A stretch of DNA of 64,000 nucleotides from Candidatus Latescibacterota bacterium (GCA_964291625.2 OZ220089.1:1728001-1792000), one strand, 5' to 3'; positions 50,360 to 60,640 are shown, counted from the stretch's first letter. The notes: a model not told the origin generated them from the sequence alone. Made by a program: numbers and translations.

Positions 50360-52156
50360 TCAAGGAGAAAATCGGCCCTCCGGGGACCCTCCGGAGCCCC
50401 CCTTTCCGTCTCCCTTTCGGGACGGCGCGGCCAGGAGCCTGCGGGCATAGTCGTCGAAAGTGCGCACGAATTCCGGGTCCACGGTGGGGAGCACCAGGCC
50501 GGCTCGCCGGACGGCCTCCTCCACCTCGGCGCGCTGCTCCCGCGTGAGGCGGCCGTCCTGCAGGTAGAGGCGGCACCGGCCCAGCCGCAGGGACGGCCAC
50601 AGGTCTCCCCAGGCGGTGAAGGGGACCTCCCGCACCGCGGCCCGGTAGTGCTCGGCGGCCTCCGCGAACCTGCGGCCCCCGAACAGCTGGTCGGCCACGG
50701 GCAGGACCAGGGGCGGACGCCGGCCCATCTTCTCCCAGGCGCGGTAGCCTCTGCGCTCCTGCTCACCGAGTCCGGACCGGATCTCCCCCGCCTGCCGGCG
50801 CAGCCGCTCGGCGGCGTCCGGCTGCCGGAGCGGTGGCCCGGACAGGAGACGGGCCCCCGCCTCGGCCAGGGCGAGCGCTTCGATGGGCAGGTCCCCGTGG
50901 GCCTCCAGCAGGGCCGCGTCCCCGGGGGCCCTGGACTCCCAGTCGGCGGGCACGTCCCAAGGAGCCGGGGAGCCGACGAGGGCGGCGACGACCGAGCGCG
51001 CCAGCAGGGCGTGTCCCCGGGCCGTGGGATGGACGTGGTCCACCATCAGGCCCCACCCGGGCGCGGCGCCGGCGGCCGCCGCGGCCAGCCGCCCCTCGGC
51101 GTCGGCCAGAGCCACCCGGTGGCGGGCGGCGGCCTCGCGGACCGTGCGCACCAGATCCAGAGGCGCGCGCCACGGCGCCGGGTCGGCCGCCCGGGCCGCG
51201 GCGAAGACCCGCGCCGCTTCCGCCAGGCGCCCGGCGGCGGCCAGCTCGCGCCCACGGTCCGCCGCCGCCGCCGCCCGGCGGCCTCCCTCCGAGGTGGTGT
51301 CGGGCTGGAACCCGGCGTCGTTGGCGGCCGGCGCGCACACCACCAGCCGGCTCCCCGCCTTGCGGCACGCGGCGGCGATCTCCTCGAGGCTGAACCGCAG
51401 CTGCCGGACGGCCTAGTCCCGCGCCGGGTCTCCCGGCGGCACCGGCCCCGCCGAACCCATGGCCGCCAGCAGGTTCATCTCCGGCGCCGGCCCCTGCCGG
51501 ACCTGCCCGGCGAGCCAGCGCACGAGACCGGTGAGCCGCAGTCCCATCAGGCGATAGTGGAGGTGGCGGATCCAGGGGCTGGAGCCGCCCTGGCGCAGGG
51601 AGGAGACACCGTACACGCCGTAGAACTCGTTGTGGCCCGTGTAGACCACGACCAGGTCCGGCTGCAGGCTCTCGAGGGCGTCGACGACGACGCGGGCCAC
51701 GGCGAAGCTCGCCAGTGAGGTGATGCCCAGGTTCAGGACCTGCACGGGGCGCTCGAGGGCCCCGGAGAGCAGCGTCTCCAGGAGGGCCGGGGCCGCGAGA
51801 CGGGCCGGATGGGGGTACCCCTGGACCGTGGACGCGCCGGCGACGACCACGCGCAGCGCCGAATCCGGGGGCGGATCGACGAAGCGATGCGCCGCCAGGC
51901 GCACGCCCCCCAGATCGAACCCGCCCATGGAGCCGGCGAAGAACCGCCTCGGATAGAGGGGGTTGAGCTGGCGCAGGGCCCGCCCCGATCCGACCTCCTC
52001 GGCGAGGGTGAGCACCAGGGGCGGCGGGCGGAACCCCGGCACCAGATGGAGCGCGGCTTCGACGCCGGCGACGAGAACCACCCCGCCCGCCAGGGCCGGC
52101 AGCCGGACCCGCCAGCGGCTCGGTGCGTCGGGCCTGCCCTCCCCCCCGGCGGTCAA
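50360..52156 (-). pseudogene. SGNH/GDSL-like protein with TPR-like segments, interrupted by an in-frame TAG at 51413-51415
   Basis: ORFs 51413-52156 and 50360-51343 are in the same frame. GASTVQGYP, NLGITS and GHNEFYG lie before the stop, DHVHPTARGH after it. Colinear with the intact paralog at 58973-60547. Confidence 0.8.
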
Positions 52157-53778
52157 GGTCCCCCCCCGTGGGCGCCGCCGTCCTGCAGGCGATCCAGCCC
52201 TTCCGCCGCCGCGGCGTGGCCGGGGGCCAGGGAGAGGAGACCGCGGTAGTCGGCGGCGGCGGCCTCGAGGCGGCCCATCGCCTCGAAGACGCGGGCCCTC
52301 GCCAACAGGGCGTCGCGGCGGCCGGGGCTCAGGCTCAGGGCGGCGGTGAAGGCGACGGCGGCCTCCGGCAGCTGCCCCCGCCGCGCCTCCAGGAGCCCGA
52401 GGTTGACCAGGGCCCGCGGGTTCTCCGGCCGCACCACCAGGGCCTCCCGGTACAGGCCGACGGCGGACTCCAGGTCTCCCTGGCGGGCCTTCCAGTGACC
52501 CAGGTTCTCCAGGGCCCGCGCGTTTCTCGGAAACCGCTCGCTCACGGCGGCGAACAGGGTCCCGTCGTCACGCCAGTCGCGGCTCCGGTCCGCCGCGCGG
52601 AGGATCCACAGACCGGCCACGAGGGACAGTCCCGCCATGGCCGCACGACGCCGGGCGGGCCTCCCCTCCAGCAGCCGGGCCGCGGCCGATCCCGCGGCCA
52701 GGGCGACGGCCCAGCCCCCGGCGTAGACGTACCGTTCCGCCATGGCGCTCGGAGCCAGCACGAGCAGGTTCGACACCGGCAGCCAGGCCAGCAGGAAGCC
52801 GCCTGCAGCCAGGGAGGACACGCCTTGCTGGCGGTGGACGGCGAGGGCCAGGACCACCACGACCGCGAGGCCGGCGTAGAGCCACGGGTCGCGGACCCCG
52901 CTGAGGGGGATCGAGTCGAAGGAGTAGTCCGCCGACAGGCGCAGGGGGAAAGCCAGGAGCGAGGCGTAGCGCCCCAGGATCGCGATCGCAGTCGCCCAGC
53001 GGTCGGCGATCCCCGCCGCGGCCAGGAAGTTGGCGCTCGCCGGCGGCTCCCCGCCCCCGGAGACGACCAGGGTGCGCAGGACGAGGGCCGCCGCCAGGGC
53101 GGCGAGGCAGCCGGCGTGTCCGCGCGCCCAGGCGAGTCCGTGGCGCACCAGGGGGTCCCGCCCACCGGGTGCCGAACGGCAGCGGTCGAGCCACCAGGCG
53201 GCGGCGGGCAGGACGACGCCGGTCTCCTTGGCGAGGGGCGCCAGGGCGCAACAGCCGATGGTGAGCCACCTCCAGCCGCCGGCGCGCCTTCCCTCCTGCC
53301 CGGCTCGCAGGTGGGCGCCCAGCCCGAGGACCACCAGTCCGGCGGAGAGCAGGTCGGCGCGGGCCGAGATCCAGCAGACGACGGCCGACTGCAGCGGGTG
53401 CAGCCCGAAGACCAGGGCCGCCGCCAGCGCGGCGGAGGGTCCCGCGAGGGGGCGGACCAACCACCACACCAGCCAGGTCACGCCTCCATGGAGAACGACG
53501 TTGGTGAGGTGGAAGCCGGCGGCGCGCTCGCCCCAGAGGGCGTGATCGGCGGCGATGGAGACCAGGGTCAGGGGCCGGTAGAGATCGAGTCCGGCCCAGT
53601 TGCCCAGCACCAGGCCGCGCAGGTCGAAGTCCCGGACCGCCTGGCTGCCGAGGTAGGCGGAGTCGTCGAAGACGAAACCGTTCTCCAGGCTGCCGGCGTA
53701 GACGAGACAGGTCAGGACGGCGGCGCCGGCCGGTGCGGCGGCGGTTGAGAGTCCCCGGAGGCCCCGTATATTCGTCAT
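52153..53778 (-). CDS. TMTC/DUF1736-like GT-C glycosyltransferase with TPR repeats
   Basis: GFVFDD, YRPLT..S, FHLTNVVLH, HPLQ..VV.WISARADLL, AKETG, LSADYS, AERYVY, WRDDGTLF, then TPRs. Confidence 0.85.
   Translation of the reverse strand: MTNIRGLRGLSTAAAPAGAAVLTCLVYAGSLENGFVFDDSAYLGSQAVRDFDLRGLVLGNWAGLDLYRPLTLVSIAADHALWGERAAGFHLTNVVLHGGVTWLVWWLVRPLAGPSAALAAALVFGLHPLQSAVVCWISARADLLSAGLVVLGLGAHLRAGQEGRRAGGWRWLTIGCCALAPLAKETGVVLPAAAWWLDRCRSAPGGRDPLVRHGLAWARGHAGCLAALAAALVLRTLVVSGGGEPPASANFLAAAGIADRWATAIAILGRYASLLAFPLRLSADYSFDSIPLSGVRDPWLYAGLAVVVVLALAVHRQQGVSSLAAGGFLLAWLPVSNLLVLAPSAMAERYVYAGGWAVALAAGSAAARLLEGRPARRRAAMAGLSLVAGLWILRAADRSRDWRDDGTLFAAVSERFPRNARALENLGHWKARQGDLESAVGLYREALVVRPENPRALVNLGLLEARRGQLPEAAVAFTAALSLSPGRRDALLARARVFEAMGRLEAAAADYRGLLSLAPGHAAAAEGLDRLQDGGAHGGGP
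53745..53772 (+). promoter_or_regulatory. Candidate sigma70 promoter TTGAGA-N16-TATATT for the foldase gene
   Basis: Sequence match about 30 nt upstream of ATG 53804. Overlaps the start of the divergent gene. Confidence 0.4.
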
Positions 53779-53803
53779 TCCTCTTTCAGGATAGAGCCGC
53801 GGA

Positions 53804-55501
53804 ATGACCATGCAAAGAGCCGGAGGACCCCTTGCGGCGCTGATCGCCGGCGTCATCGGAGCCGCTTTCGTCGGCTGTGGCGGCGGGGGGCCCGCCGTCG
53901 TCGCCGAGGTCGCGGGGCGGCCGATCGACGAGGAGTCCCTGCGGCGCCTCGTGATGACCCTGCCCCCAGGGCTGAGGACCGCCAAGAAGGGGCAGGAGGC
54001 CCGCCGCGACTATCTGCAGACGCTCATCGATCGGGAGCTCATGCTGCTGGAGGCCGAAGCGCGGGGCCTGCAGGAGGATCCGGAGCTGCTCGGCCGGCTG
54101 CAGCGCAAGGTGGAGGACCGGGTCCTCTCCCTCTACCGCCAGCGGGAGATCCCGGCCGTCGAGGTGACCGCCGAAGAGGTGGAGACGCACATCCGGGAGT
54201 TGGGGCTGCACCGGGAGCGGCTGGCGGAGGCGATCCCGGCGGAGTCGGAGGAGGAGGCGCAGCGGCTTCTCGGCGAGCTCGCCGGCGGACGGCCCTTCGA
54301 GGAGCTGGCGGCCGCACGGCCCGGCTCCCGCGGCAGCGTGGTGGGCTACCTCAACCGCCTCACGGCCCCGCGGGCGGGCGTCCCGGCGCCGGTCTTCGAT
54401 ACCCTGGCCGTGGGCGAGGTCTCCCGGCCCCTGCCCCTGGGCGGCGGCTGGCGCCTGGTGCGCTTCATCGACGACCGCACCTCCACCGACCCCGTCCTGC
54501 GAGACCGCGTGCGCCAGCGCCTCGTCCGCGAGGCCCGCCAGGAGATCGAGGACCAGAAGGTCGAGTTGCTCGCCCGCGAGCTGGACTGGGCGCCCGATAG
54601 CGAAGGCCTGGCCTTTCTCGCCGGCCTCGACACCGGAAGCCGCCGCCTTCGGGAGCTGACCCCCTCCGAGGCCCGGATGCCGCTGTTCACCTTCGAGGGC
54701 GGCGCCGTGACCGTCGATGAATACCTGAACGCGGTCCGCGAGCACAGGGTACGCACCGCCCGGGCCCTGTCGGACAGCGCCTTCGCCTCGGCCCTCGGGC
54801 AGCGCCTCCTCCAGGCCCGCGCCCTGCTCCTGGTCGCCGCCGACCGCCTCGGCATCCCCGAAGAGCCCGGGGTCGTCGACTGGCGGGACCAGGTGCATCC
54901 CGAGATGCTCCTGCGGAGCCTTCGCGCCCAGGTGATCCGGGGCGCCGACTCGATGGCCACCGAGGTGCGGGTGCGCGCCTATTATGATGAACGCCAGGAG
55001 AGCTTCCGCCTGCCCGAGGAGGTCTGCTTCGACGAGATCCTCTTCCGCACCCGCCAGGAGGCCGAGCAGGCCCTTGGCGAGATCGACGACGACGCGCAGC
55101 TCCTCGAGCTCTCCCGCCGGCGCGGCAACAAGGTCCGCAGGCGCCGGCCGGACGGCCTGCTGTGCGCCAACAGCGCGTCCCGTCAGGTGCTGCCCGAGCT
55201 CTGGGCCGTCCTCGAGCAGGCGCCGCCGGGGGTGGTGACGGGTCCGGTATCGCTGCAGGACAAGGCGTACGTGCTGATCAAGGTCGTCCGCCGGGAGCCG
55301 GAGAGACTCCAGACCTTCGACGAGGCCCGAGGCCGCGCCAGGGCTTCCCTCGTGGCCGGCTTCCAGCAACGGCTCTTCGAGGACTGGCTGGCGGGCGTGC
55401 GGGAAGATCGGCAGGGGGAGGTCCGGGTCTTCGAGGACCTCCTCGAGGCCGCCCTCCCCGAGGCCCTGCTGGCCGGGGTCGTCCTCGAGAACGAGACGTG
55501 A
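53804..55501 (+). CDS. PrsA/SurA-like parvulin (PpiC) foldase lipoprotein with tandem domains
   Basis: Lipobox FVGC, VVAEVAG..I, LQTLIDRELMLLEA...GL, G.PFEELA, L.VGEVS.P, VRAYYDERQESF..PEEV, TFDEAR. Confidence 0.82.
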   Translation: MTMQRAGGPLAALIAGVIGAAFVGCGGGGPAVVAEVAGRPIDEESLRRLVMTLPPGLRTAKKGQEARRDYLQTLIDRELMLLEAEARGLQEDPELLGRLQRKVEDRVLSLYRQREIPAVEVTAEEVETHIRELGLHRERLAEAIPAESEEEAQRLLGELAGGRPFEELAAARPGSRGSVVGYLNRLTAPRAGVPAPVFDTLAVGEVSRPLPLGGGWRLVRFIDDRTSTDPVLRDRVRQRLVREARQEIEDQKVELLARELDWAPDSEGLAFLAGLDTGSRRLRELTPSEARMPLFTFEGGAVTVDEYLNAVREHRVRTARALSDSAFASALGQRLLQARALLLVAADRLGIPEEPGVVDWRDQVHPEMLLRSLRAQVIRGADSMATEVRVRAYYDERQESFRLPEEVCFDEILFRTRQEAEQALGEIDDDAQLLELSRRRGNKVRRRRPDGLLCANSASRQVLPELWAVLEQAPPGVVTGPVSLQDKAYVLIKVVRREPERLQTFDEARGRARASLVAGFQQRLFEDWLAGVREDRQGEVRVFEDLLEAALPEALLAGVVLENET

Positions 55502-55589
55502 CCGAGGGGCTCCCCCGCGCTACATTGGGGACGCTTCCGGCCACCGCCGCGCCGGCGTGCCCCGGTGCGGCCAAGGAGGATGGTTGCCG

Positions 55590-58500
55590 ATGAATCGAAC
55601 CTTCGGATGTTGGGGCTGGTTGGGGGTCATCGCCGCGGGTGCCGGCCTCGGTGCCGCCGACACGGCGGACGCCGCGGACGGGTTCCGCATGAGCGGCGAC
55701 CGGATCGTCATCGACCGGGCGGAGGACTGGAGCCAGTGGCGGCGTCCCTCCCACGCCACCGAGATCGACGCGGACGGCGGGTTCGTGCGTCCCCTGCTGG
55801 TGCGCAGGGAGATCAACGCCATTCCCGGCATGGACCAGTTCACGAGTCTCATCGGCGATCAGAGGGCCCTCGACAAGCTGGTCAAGGACGTCGACCGGGA
55901 GGGCGGGGCCATGCCCATGAACATCCGCTCCCAGGCGGCCTCGGTGGCGGGCGTCCCCATCGTGCACCTCAAGGACAACGAGAAGAAGGGAATCAAGGCG
56001 GGGGACCCGATCGAGTGGTTCTACTACTTCGGCGGTATCCGCCACACACCGCGCAGCGCCGAGTCGGCGTCCAACATTCTGGACGGCGATCCCTCCAGCT
56101 ATTGGGAGCCCACGACCCTGGTCACCGAGGGGGAGTGGCTGGACCTGCCCGAGGCCAGGCGCGGACCCAAGATCTTTCTCGCTCCCGATGCGGCGGGCGA
56201 TCTTGCCCGGGTGGACTCGCTGGCCTGGCTGTCGGCGCCCACCAACGAGCGGCAGGTGGAGTACCACAGCCATGACCTCTCCGAGTGGTATGTCGACATC
56301 GAGCTCGGGCGTGTCCTGCCCGTGCGGTTCATCGTTCTCCGCTTCGCCGACCCCGAGGTGGGCGAGCCCTTCCGCCAGTTCCGCATCCTCGGCACCGCCT
56401 CGCACCTGCGCGACGCCCCCCTGGGGCTGATCGCGCGCACCAACACGCCGAACGAGGACCACCAGGTCGTCAGCTTCGAGCTCGGATCGGGACCAGCCAC
56501 CCCGAGCGTCGGCTCCGAGGCGGTGATCGACTTCGACACTCCCGGCGGCTACCAGCAGCTCCACCGCCTGCGCATCGCCGTCACCGACAGCCGCTTCGAC
56601 CGCTTCCGCCGGCTGGCCTCCGAGGAGGAGTACCTGGCCCTGCCGCTGCAGGACCGCGGCAGCATCGAGTACCACATCGTCAATGCCGCCGGGACCGAGA
56701 CCCGCGTGGACAGGGAGGTCTACGACAAGGTCGACGACGATCGCAAGGGCTCCCGCGTCTACTACCAGCGCGAGCGTCCGCGCCTGGCCGATATCGAGGT
56801 CTGGACCCAGGGGGACAACATCTCCCTAGGCGTGATCGACGGCGGCGGCAGCGTCGACCTGACGGGGGCCCGCGTCGGCGACCCGGGCTTCGACGGCCTC
56901 TACGAGACCAACTACCTGCAGCTCGTGTGGTCCTCGGACGCGCGCTACTCCAACCGGGGCATCATGAACCTCGACCTGGGGGCCCGCTTCTGGCTCGACT
57001 TCTTCCGCATGGTGGGCTGGTTCAACGGCGTCGACGAGATCGTCACCTGGGTCTCCGACGGCAGCCGCGACCCCAACGGCAACCTGCGCTTCACCGAGAT
57101 CGACCGCGACCCGAGCGGACAGGGGCGCAGCGACATCGAGATCTCCCTTGAGGAGCCCATGCCGGTGCGCTACCTGCGCACACAGATCTTCTCCGACGCA
57201 CCCGGGCGGGCGGGCGGATACAACACCGGCGACCGCATCCGGGAGTTCCAGATCTTCGGCGACGGCTACCCCTCCCAGGTCACCCTCTCCTCCCCGATCA
57301 TCGAGCTGCCGGGAGCCACCTTCCTCGGCGCCATCACCTGGGACGCGGACGTTCCGAACCCGGATCTCGCGGACGTCGAGATCCGCACGCGCACCGGCGA
57401 CCGCCTGGTGGACGTGACCGAGTACTACGGCAGCGGCGGCGAGCCCAAGACCGAGGCCGAGTACAACAAGCTGCCTACCAGCTTCAAGGGCCCCGTCGTG
57501 CCCCGGCGGGTCCCCGGGGGCGGCTGGAGCTCCTGGAGCCAGCGCTACCTGGTCCCGGGCCAGCGCGTGACCTCCCCGAGCCCGCGGAGGTATCTGCAGA
57601 TCCAGGCGCGGCTGCTGTCGTTGACGCCGGACCTCGCCGCCACCCTGCGCTCCATCGAGGTGGAGCTGCTGCCGCCGGCGGCCGCCAGCTCCCTGGCCGA
57701 GGTGTGGCCCTCGGAGGCGACGCCGGGCCACATGGAGGTCTTCGATCTCTTCGTGCGGCCCACCTTCATCGAGGAGGATCCGGACGGCGAGCCGAGCAGC
57801 CGCTTCGACGAGATCCTGGTCGACGCCGACCCCATCCAGGAGTTCGAGCTGCTCCACATCGCCATCGGTGCCGAAGGGGACATGGAGGACGGCGGCACGG
57901 CCCAGCGGTTCTCCGAGCCGGCGTCGCGGACCGACCCGGATACAGGGGCTCCGACGAACTGGTTCGAGGGCGACGACGGCCCCTTCCTGGCCCTCCTCGA
58001 CCCGTCCTCGGGCGACACCCTCAAGGTGCTGCAGGGAGGCCTGCCGGGGATCGCCGCGCCGGAGCCGGATGAGGCTTCCCGGGTGCTGTTGAGGCTGCCC
58101 AGGAGGGTGGCCCCCCTGCCCGCGGGCGACGGCGACCGGCTCTTCCACCGCAAGATCCTCGAGGTCGAGGAAGAGGTGCCGGTGGACGAGGACGGCCGCA
58201 TCCTGAACGAGCTGACCTACCTCGGCCTTCCCATGGAGCAGCAGGGGAGGATCCTGTATTTCGAGATCACCGGGCGCACCGACGCGGGCGGTCCCCTGCA
58301 GGAGCAGGTGGAAGAGTTCGACTACCGAGCCCTGCCGGACTCCGCCAAGGGCGAGATCCGCTACTTCCGCAAGCTCGTCGGCTCCGGAGGGGAGTTCCCC
58401 TACGACCGCGAGGGGGTGCCCCTCACCGAAGCCGCGTACAACCAGTTGCCCCAGGCCGAGCGAGGCCGCGTGCAGGCTGCCGGCGAGCTGGTCCGCATCG

Positions 58501-58976
58501 CTTTCCGCGCCAAGGTGCTGCTCAACGGAACCACCCTCGACGTGGCCATCCGCGACTCCGAGGGCGGGAGCGGCTGGCAACAGGTCGACCCGGGGAACGC
58601 AACGCTCCTGCAGCCGGGTGACGGCCTCAGCATCGCCGTTCCCATCAGCCGGCAGGTGGTGCGCGGCATCCAGGTCGAGCCGAGGACGTTCACCCCCAAC
58701 GGCGACGGCATCAACGACCTCACCGAGGTCCGGTTCTCGGTGGGCAACGTCAACGTGGCGCGTCCCGTGGAGCTGCGGATCCACGACCTCAGCGGACGCC
58801 TGGTGTGGCGCGAGGAGCGCCTGACCTTCGGCGACCAGAGCTTCCAGTGGGACGGTTCGGACGGCTCCGGCAACCTCGTGGCTCCGGGCCTGTACCTGTG
58901 CCGCGTGGTGGTCGATGTCGACGACGCCGGCGCCTCGAGAAGGGCCGACCAACGGCTCATCGCCGTCGCTTACTGA
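55590..58976 (+). CDS. Secreted IAVAY-tail protein 4 (largest, with internal short repeats)
   Basis: Signal peptide, two discoidin-like units (ILDGDPSSYW, IELGR, LDLGARF), FQIFGDGY, WSSWS, SPSPRRYLQ, TFTPNGDGIND, ends IAVAY. Confidence 0.88.
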   Translation: MNRTFGCWGWLGVIAAGAGLGAADTADAADGFRMSGDRIVIDRAEDWSQWRRPSHATEIDADGGFVRPLLVRREINAIPGMDQFTSLIGDQRALDKLVKDVDREGGAMPMNIRSQAASVAGVPIVHLKDNEKKGIKAGDPIEWFYYFGGIRHTPRSAESASNILDGDPSSYWEPTTLVTEGEWLDLPEARRGPKIFLAPDAAGDLARVDSLAWLSAPTNERQVEYHSHDLSEWYVDIELGRVLPVRFIVLRFADPEVGEPFRQFRILGTASHLRDAPLGLIARTNTPNEDHQVVSFELGSGPATPSVGSEAVIDFDTPGGYQQLHRLRIAVTDSRFDRFRRLASEEEYLALPLQDRGSIEYHIVNAAGTETRVDREVYDKVDDDRKGSRVYYQRERPRLADIEVWTQGDNISLGVIDGGGSVDLTGARVGDPGFDGLYETNYLQLVWSSDARYSNRGIMNLDLGARFWLDFFRMVGWFNGVDEIVTWVSDGSRDPNGNLRFTEIDRDPSGQGRSDIEISLEEPMPVRYLRTQIFSDAPGRAGGYNTGDRIREFQIFGDGYPSQVTLSSPIIELPGATFLGAITWDADVPNPDLADVEIRTRTGDRLVDVTEYYGSGGEPKTEAEYNKLPTSFKGPVVPRRVPGGGWSSWSQRYLVPGQRVTSPSPRRYLQIQARLLSLTPDLAATLRSIEVELLPPAAASSLAEVWPSEATPGHMEVFDLFVRPTFIEEDPDGEPSSRFDEILVDADPIQEFELLHIAIGAEGDMEDGGTAQRFSEPASRTDPDTGAPTNWFEGDDGPFLALLDPSSGDTLKVLQGGLPGIAAPEPDEASRVLLRLPRRVAPLPAGDGDRLFHRKILEVEEEVPVDEDGRILNELTYLGLPMEQQGRILYFEITGRTDAGGPLQEQVEEFDYRALPDSAKGEIRYFRKLVGSGGEFPYDREGVPLTEAAYNQLPQAERGRVQAAGELVRIAFRAKVLLNGTTLDVAIRDSEGGSGWQQVDPGNATLLQPGDGLSIAVPISRQVVRGIQVEPRTFTPNGDGINDLTEVRFSVGNVNVARPVELRIHDLSGRLVWREERLTFGDQSFQWDGSDGSGNLVAPGLYLCRVVVDVDDAGASRRADQRLIAVAY

Positions 58977-60547
58977 TCCCCCGGCTCTCCCGGGCCAACC
59001 TGCTGGCCTTGCTGGGGGGCTTCGGCGTCATCGGGCTGGCCGAGTTGGCCCTTTGGGCGGTCGGCTACGGGCCGCCGAACCGTCTCTTCCTGCTCGACAA
59101 GACCGCGGGATCCTACACGGCCAACCCCGAGGTCACGCACCGCTTCTTCCCGCCACACCTGCGCCGCCGGCCGGTGGCCCTCGACTTCGCCGCCCGCAAG
59201 CCGCCCGACACGGTGCGCATCTTCGCCCTCGGCGGCTCCACCCTCGTGGGGTTTCCCAACGCTCCCGGCCTCGACTTCCCGCGCTTCCTGCAGCTCATGC
59301 TCGCCGATGCCTTCCCGGACCGCAGGTTCGAAGTCGTCAACTGCGGGATCACCGCGGTCAACAGCCACTGCGTCCTCGACTTCGGGCGCGAGGTCCTCGA
59401 CTACGAGCCCGATCTGCTCGTCGTCTACATGGGCCACAATGAGTTCGTGGGACCCTACGGGCCGACGACGCCCTTCGTCCGCCTGGGCCAGAGACGCCCG
59501 CTGATCCGGGCGCACATGCAGCTGCAGAGATCCAGGCTCCTCCACGGCGCCAAGGAGGTGTTCTTCGGCCTGTCCTCGCTGGCCGGGGGGGAGCCTCCCC
59601 GCTTCGGCCTCCACCTGGTGACCGGCGAGATCGACTGGACCGACGCCAGCTACGGGAGCACCGTGGACAACTACCGCGCCAACCTCGACGACCTGGCGCA
59701 GGCGGCCGCCGACAGGGGCGTCCCGGTCCTGCTGGGGACCCTGGCGTCCAACCTCGGCGGTTTCTACCCCCTGAGGTCGGACTGCGGCGGCGGTCTCGCC
59801 GGCCCGGAGCTGGCGGCCGCGGCGGACGACCTCCTCCGTCAGGGCCGGCCGGAGCGGGTGCGGTCCCTGGCCAGGGAATCGCTCAGGAGTGACCCCTACT
59901 GCGCCGCCGCCCACTTCGAGCTGGCCCGCCTGCAGAGGATGGAGGGCAGAGACCGCGAGGCCCAGGCCTCCTTTGCTCTCGCCCGCGACCAGGACCGCGT
60001 GCCCTTCCGGGCGCCGTCGGTCTTCAACGAGGTCGTGCGCGAGACCGGCCGCCGCCACGCCAACGTGATCGTCGCCGACGTGGAGGCCGCCCTTGCCGCC
60101 GCCTCTCCGGGGGGCATCGTCGGGGACGAGCTGATGACCGACTACCTCCACCCCACCGTCTACGGCCACTACCTGCTGGCCCGGACCCTGATCGAGCAGA
60201 TGGCCGGCCGCCCTCCGGCCTCGGCCTGGGGAACCCCGCGGCCGGCGGACGGCTTCGAGTCCTGCCGGGACCGCCTCGGGTACACTCGCTTCGCCGACGC
60301 CCTCGCCCGCAACGACCTGATCTACTTCCTGCGCAGCATGCCCTACCTCTCGCCGCCGCCGTTGCTGCGCGAGCGCGTGGCCGGGCTGGTCCGGCAGCAG
60401 CTGGATCTCTACGCGCGCCTGACCCCCGTCGACCGGGAGCGCTTCCGCCGCGCCGGGGGGCTCGCCTTCCTGCGCAAGGCGGTCTCCTTCGCCCCGCCGC
60501 GGCGCATCCCGGACCTTGACGCGGCGCTGCGGCGCCTGGGGGCCTGA
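58973..60547 (+). CDS. SGNH/GDSL-like membrane-anchored protein with TPR-like segment
   Basis: RIFALGGST..GFP, EVVNCGIT..NS, PDLLVVYMGHNEFVG, DYLHPTVYGH. Start uncertain (CTG 58973 or TTG 59009). Confidence 0.82.
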   Translation: MIPRLSRANLLALLGGFGVIGLAELALWAVGYGPPNRLFLLDKTAGSYTANPEVTHRFFPPHLRRRPVALDFAARKPPDTVRIFALGGSTLVGFPNAPGLDFPRFLQLMLADAFPDRRFEVVNCGITAVNSHCVLDFGREVLDYEPDLLVVYMGHNEFVGPYGPTTPFVRLGQRRPLIRAHMQLQRSRLLHGAKEVFFGLSSLAGGEPPRFGLHLVTGEIDWTDASYGSTVDNYRANLDDLAQAAADRGVPVLLGTLASNLGGFYPLRSDCGGGLAGPELAAAADDLLRQGRPERVRSLARESLRSDPYCAAAHFELARLQRMEGRDREAQASFALARDQDRVPFRAPSVFNEVVRETGRRHANVIVADVEAALAAASPGGIVGDELMTDYLHPTVYGHYLLARTLIEQMAGRPPASAWGTPRPADGFESCRDRLGYTRFADALARNDLIYFLRSMPYLSPPPLLRERVAGLVRQQLDLYARLTPVDRERFRRAGGLAFLRKAVSFAPPRRIPDLDAALRRLGA

Positions 60548-60611
60548 AGGCGGCCCTCGCGAGTCTCCGGACGCGCGTCCCGGGCCCTCGAACGCGCGCC
60601 CACGGCGCCCC

Positions 60612-60640
60612 TTGCCCCTCGGATAGGGTCGGTGTATACT
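60612..60640 (+). promoter_or_regulatory. Candidate sigma70 promoter TTGCCC-N17-TATACT
   Basis: Canonical 17-bp spacing in an intergenic gap, about 50 nt upstream of ATG 60690. Confidence 0.6.

Noticed and set aside
50335-50363. Minus-strand promoter TTGACC-N17-TATCTA upstream of the WGRIK gene
   Set aside because: Good -35 but weak -10 lacking the final T. Plausible but not supportable enough to list.
51413-51415. Pyrrolysine or genome-wide TAG recoding
   Set aside because: TAG serves as a normal stop elsewhere (phoR, GT2, IAVAY gene 2, WGRIK gene) and no pyl genes are present here.
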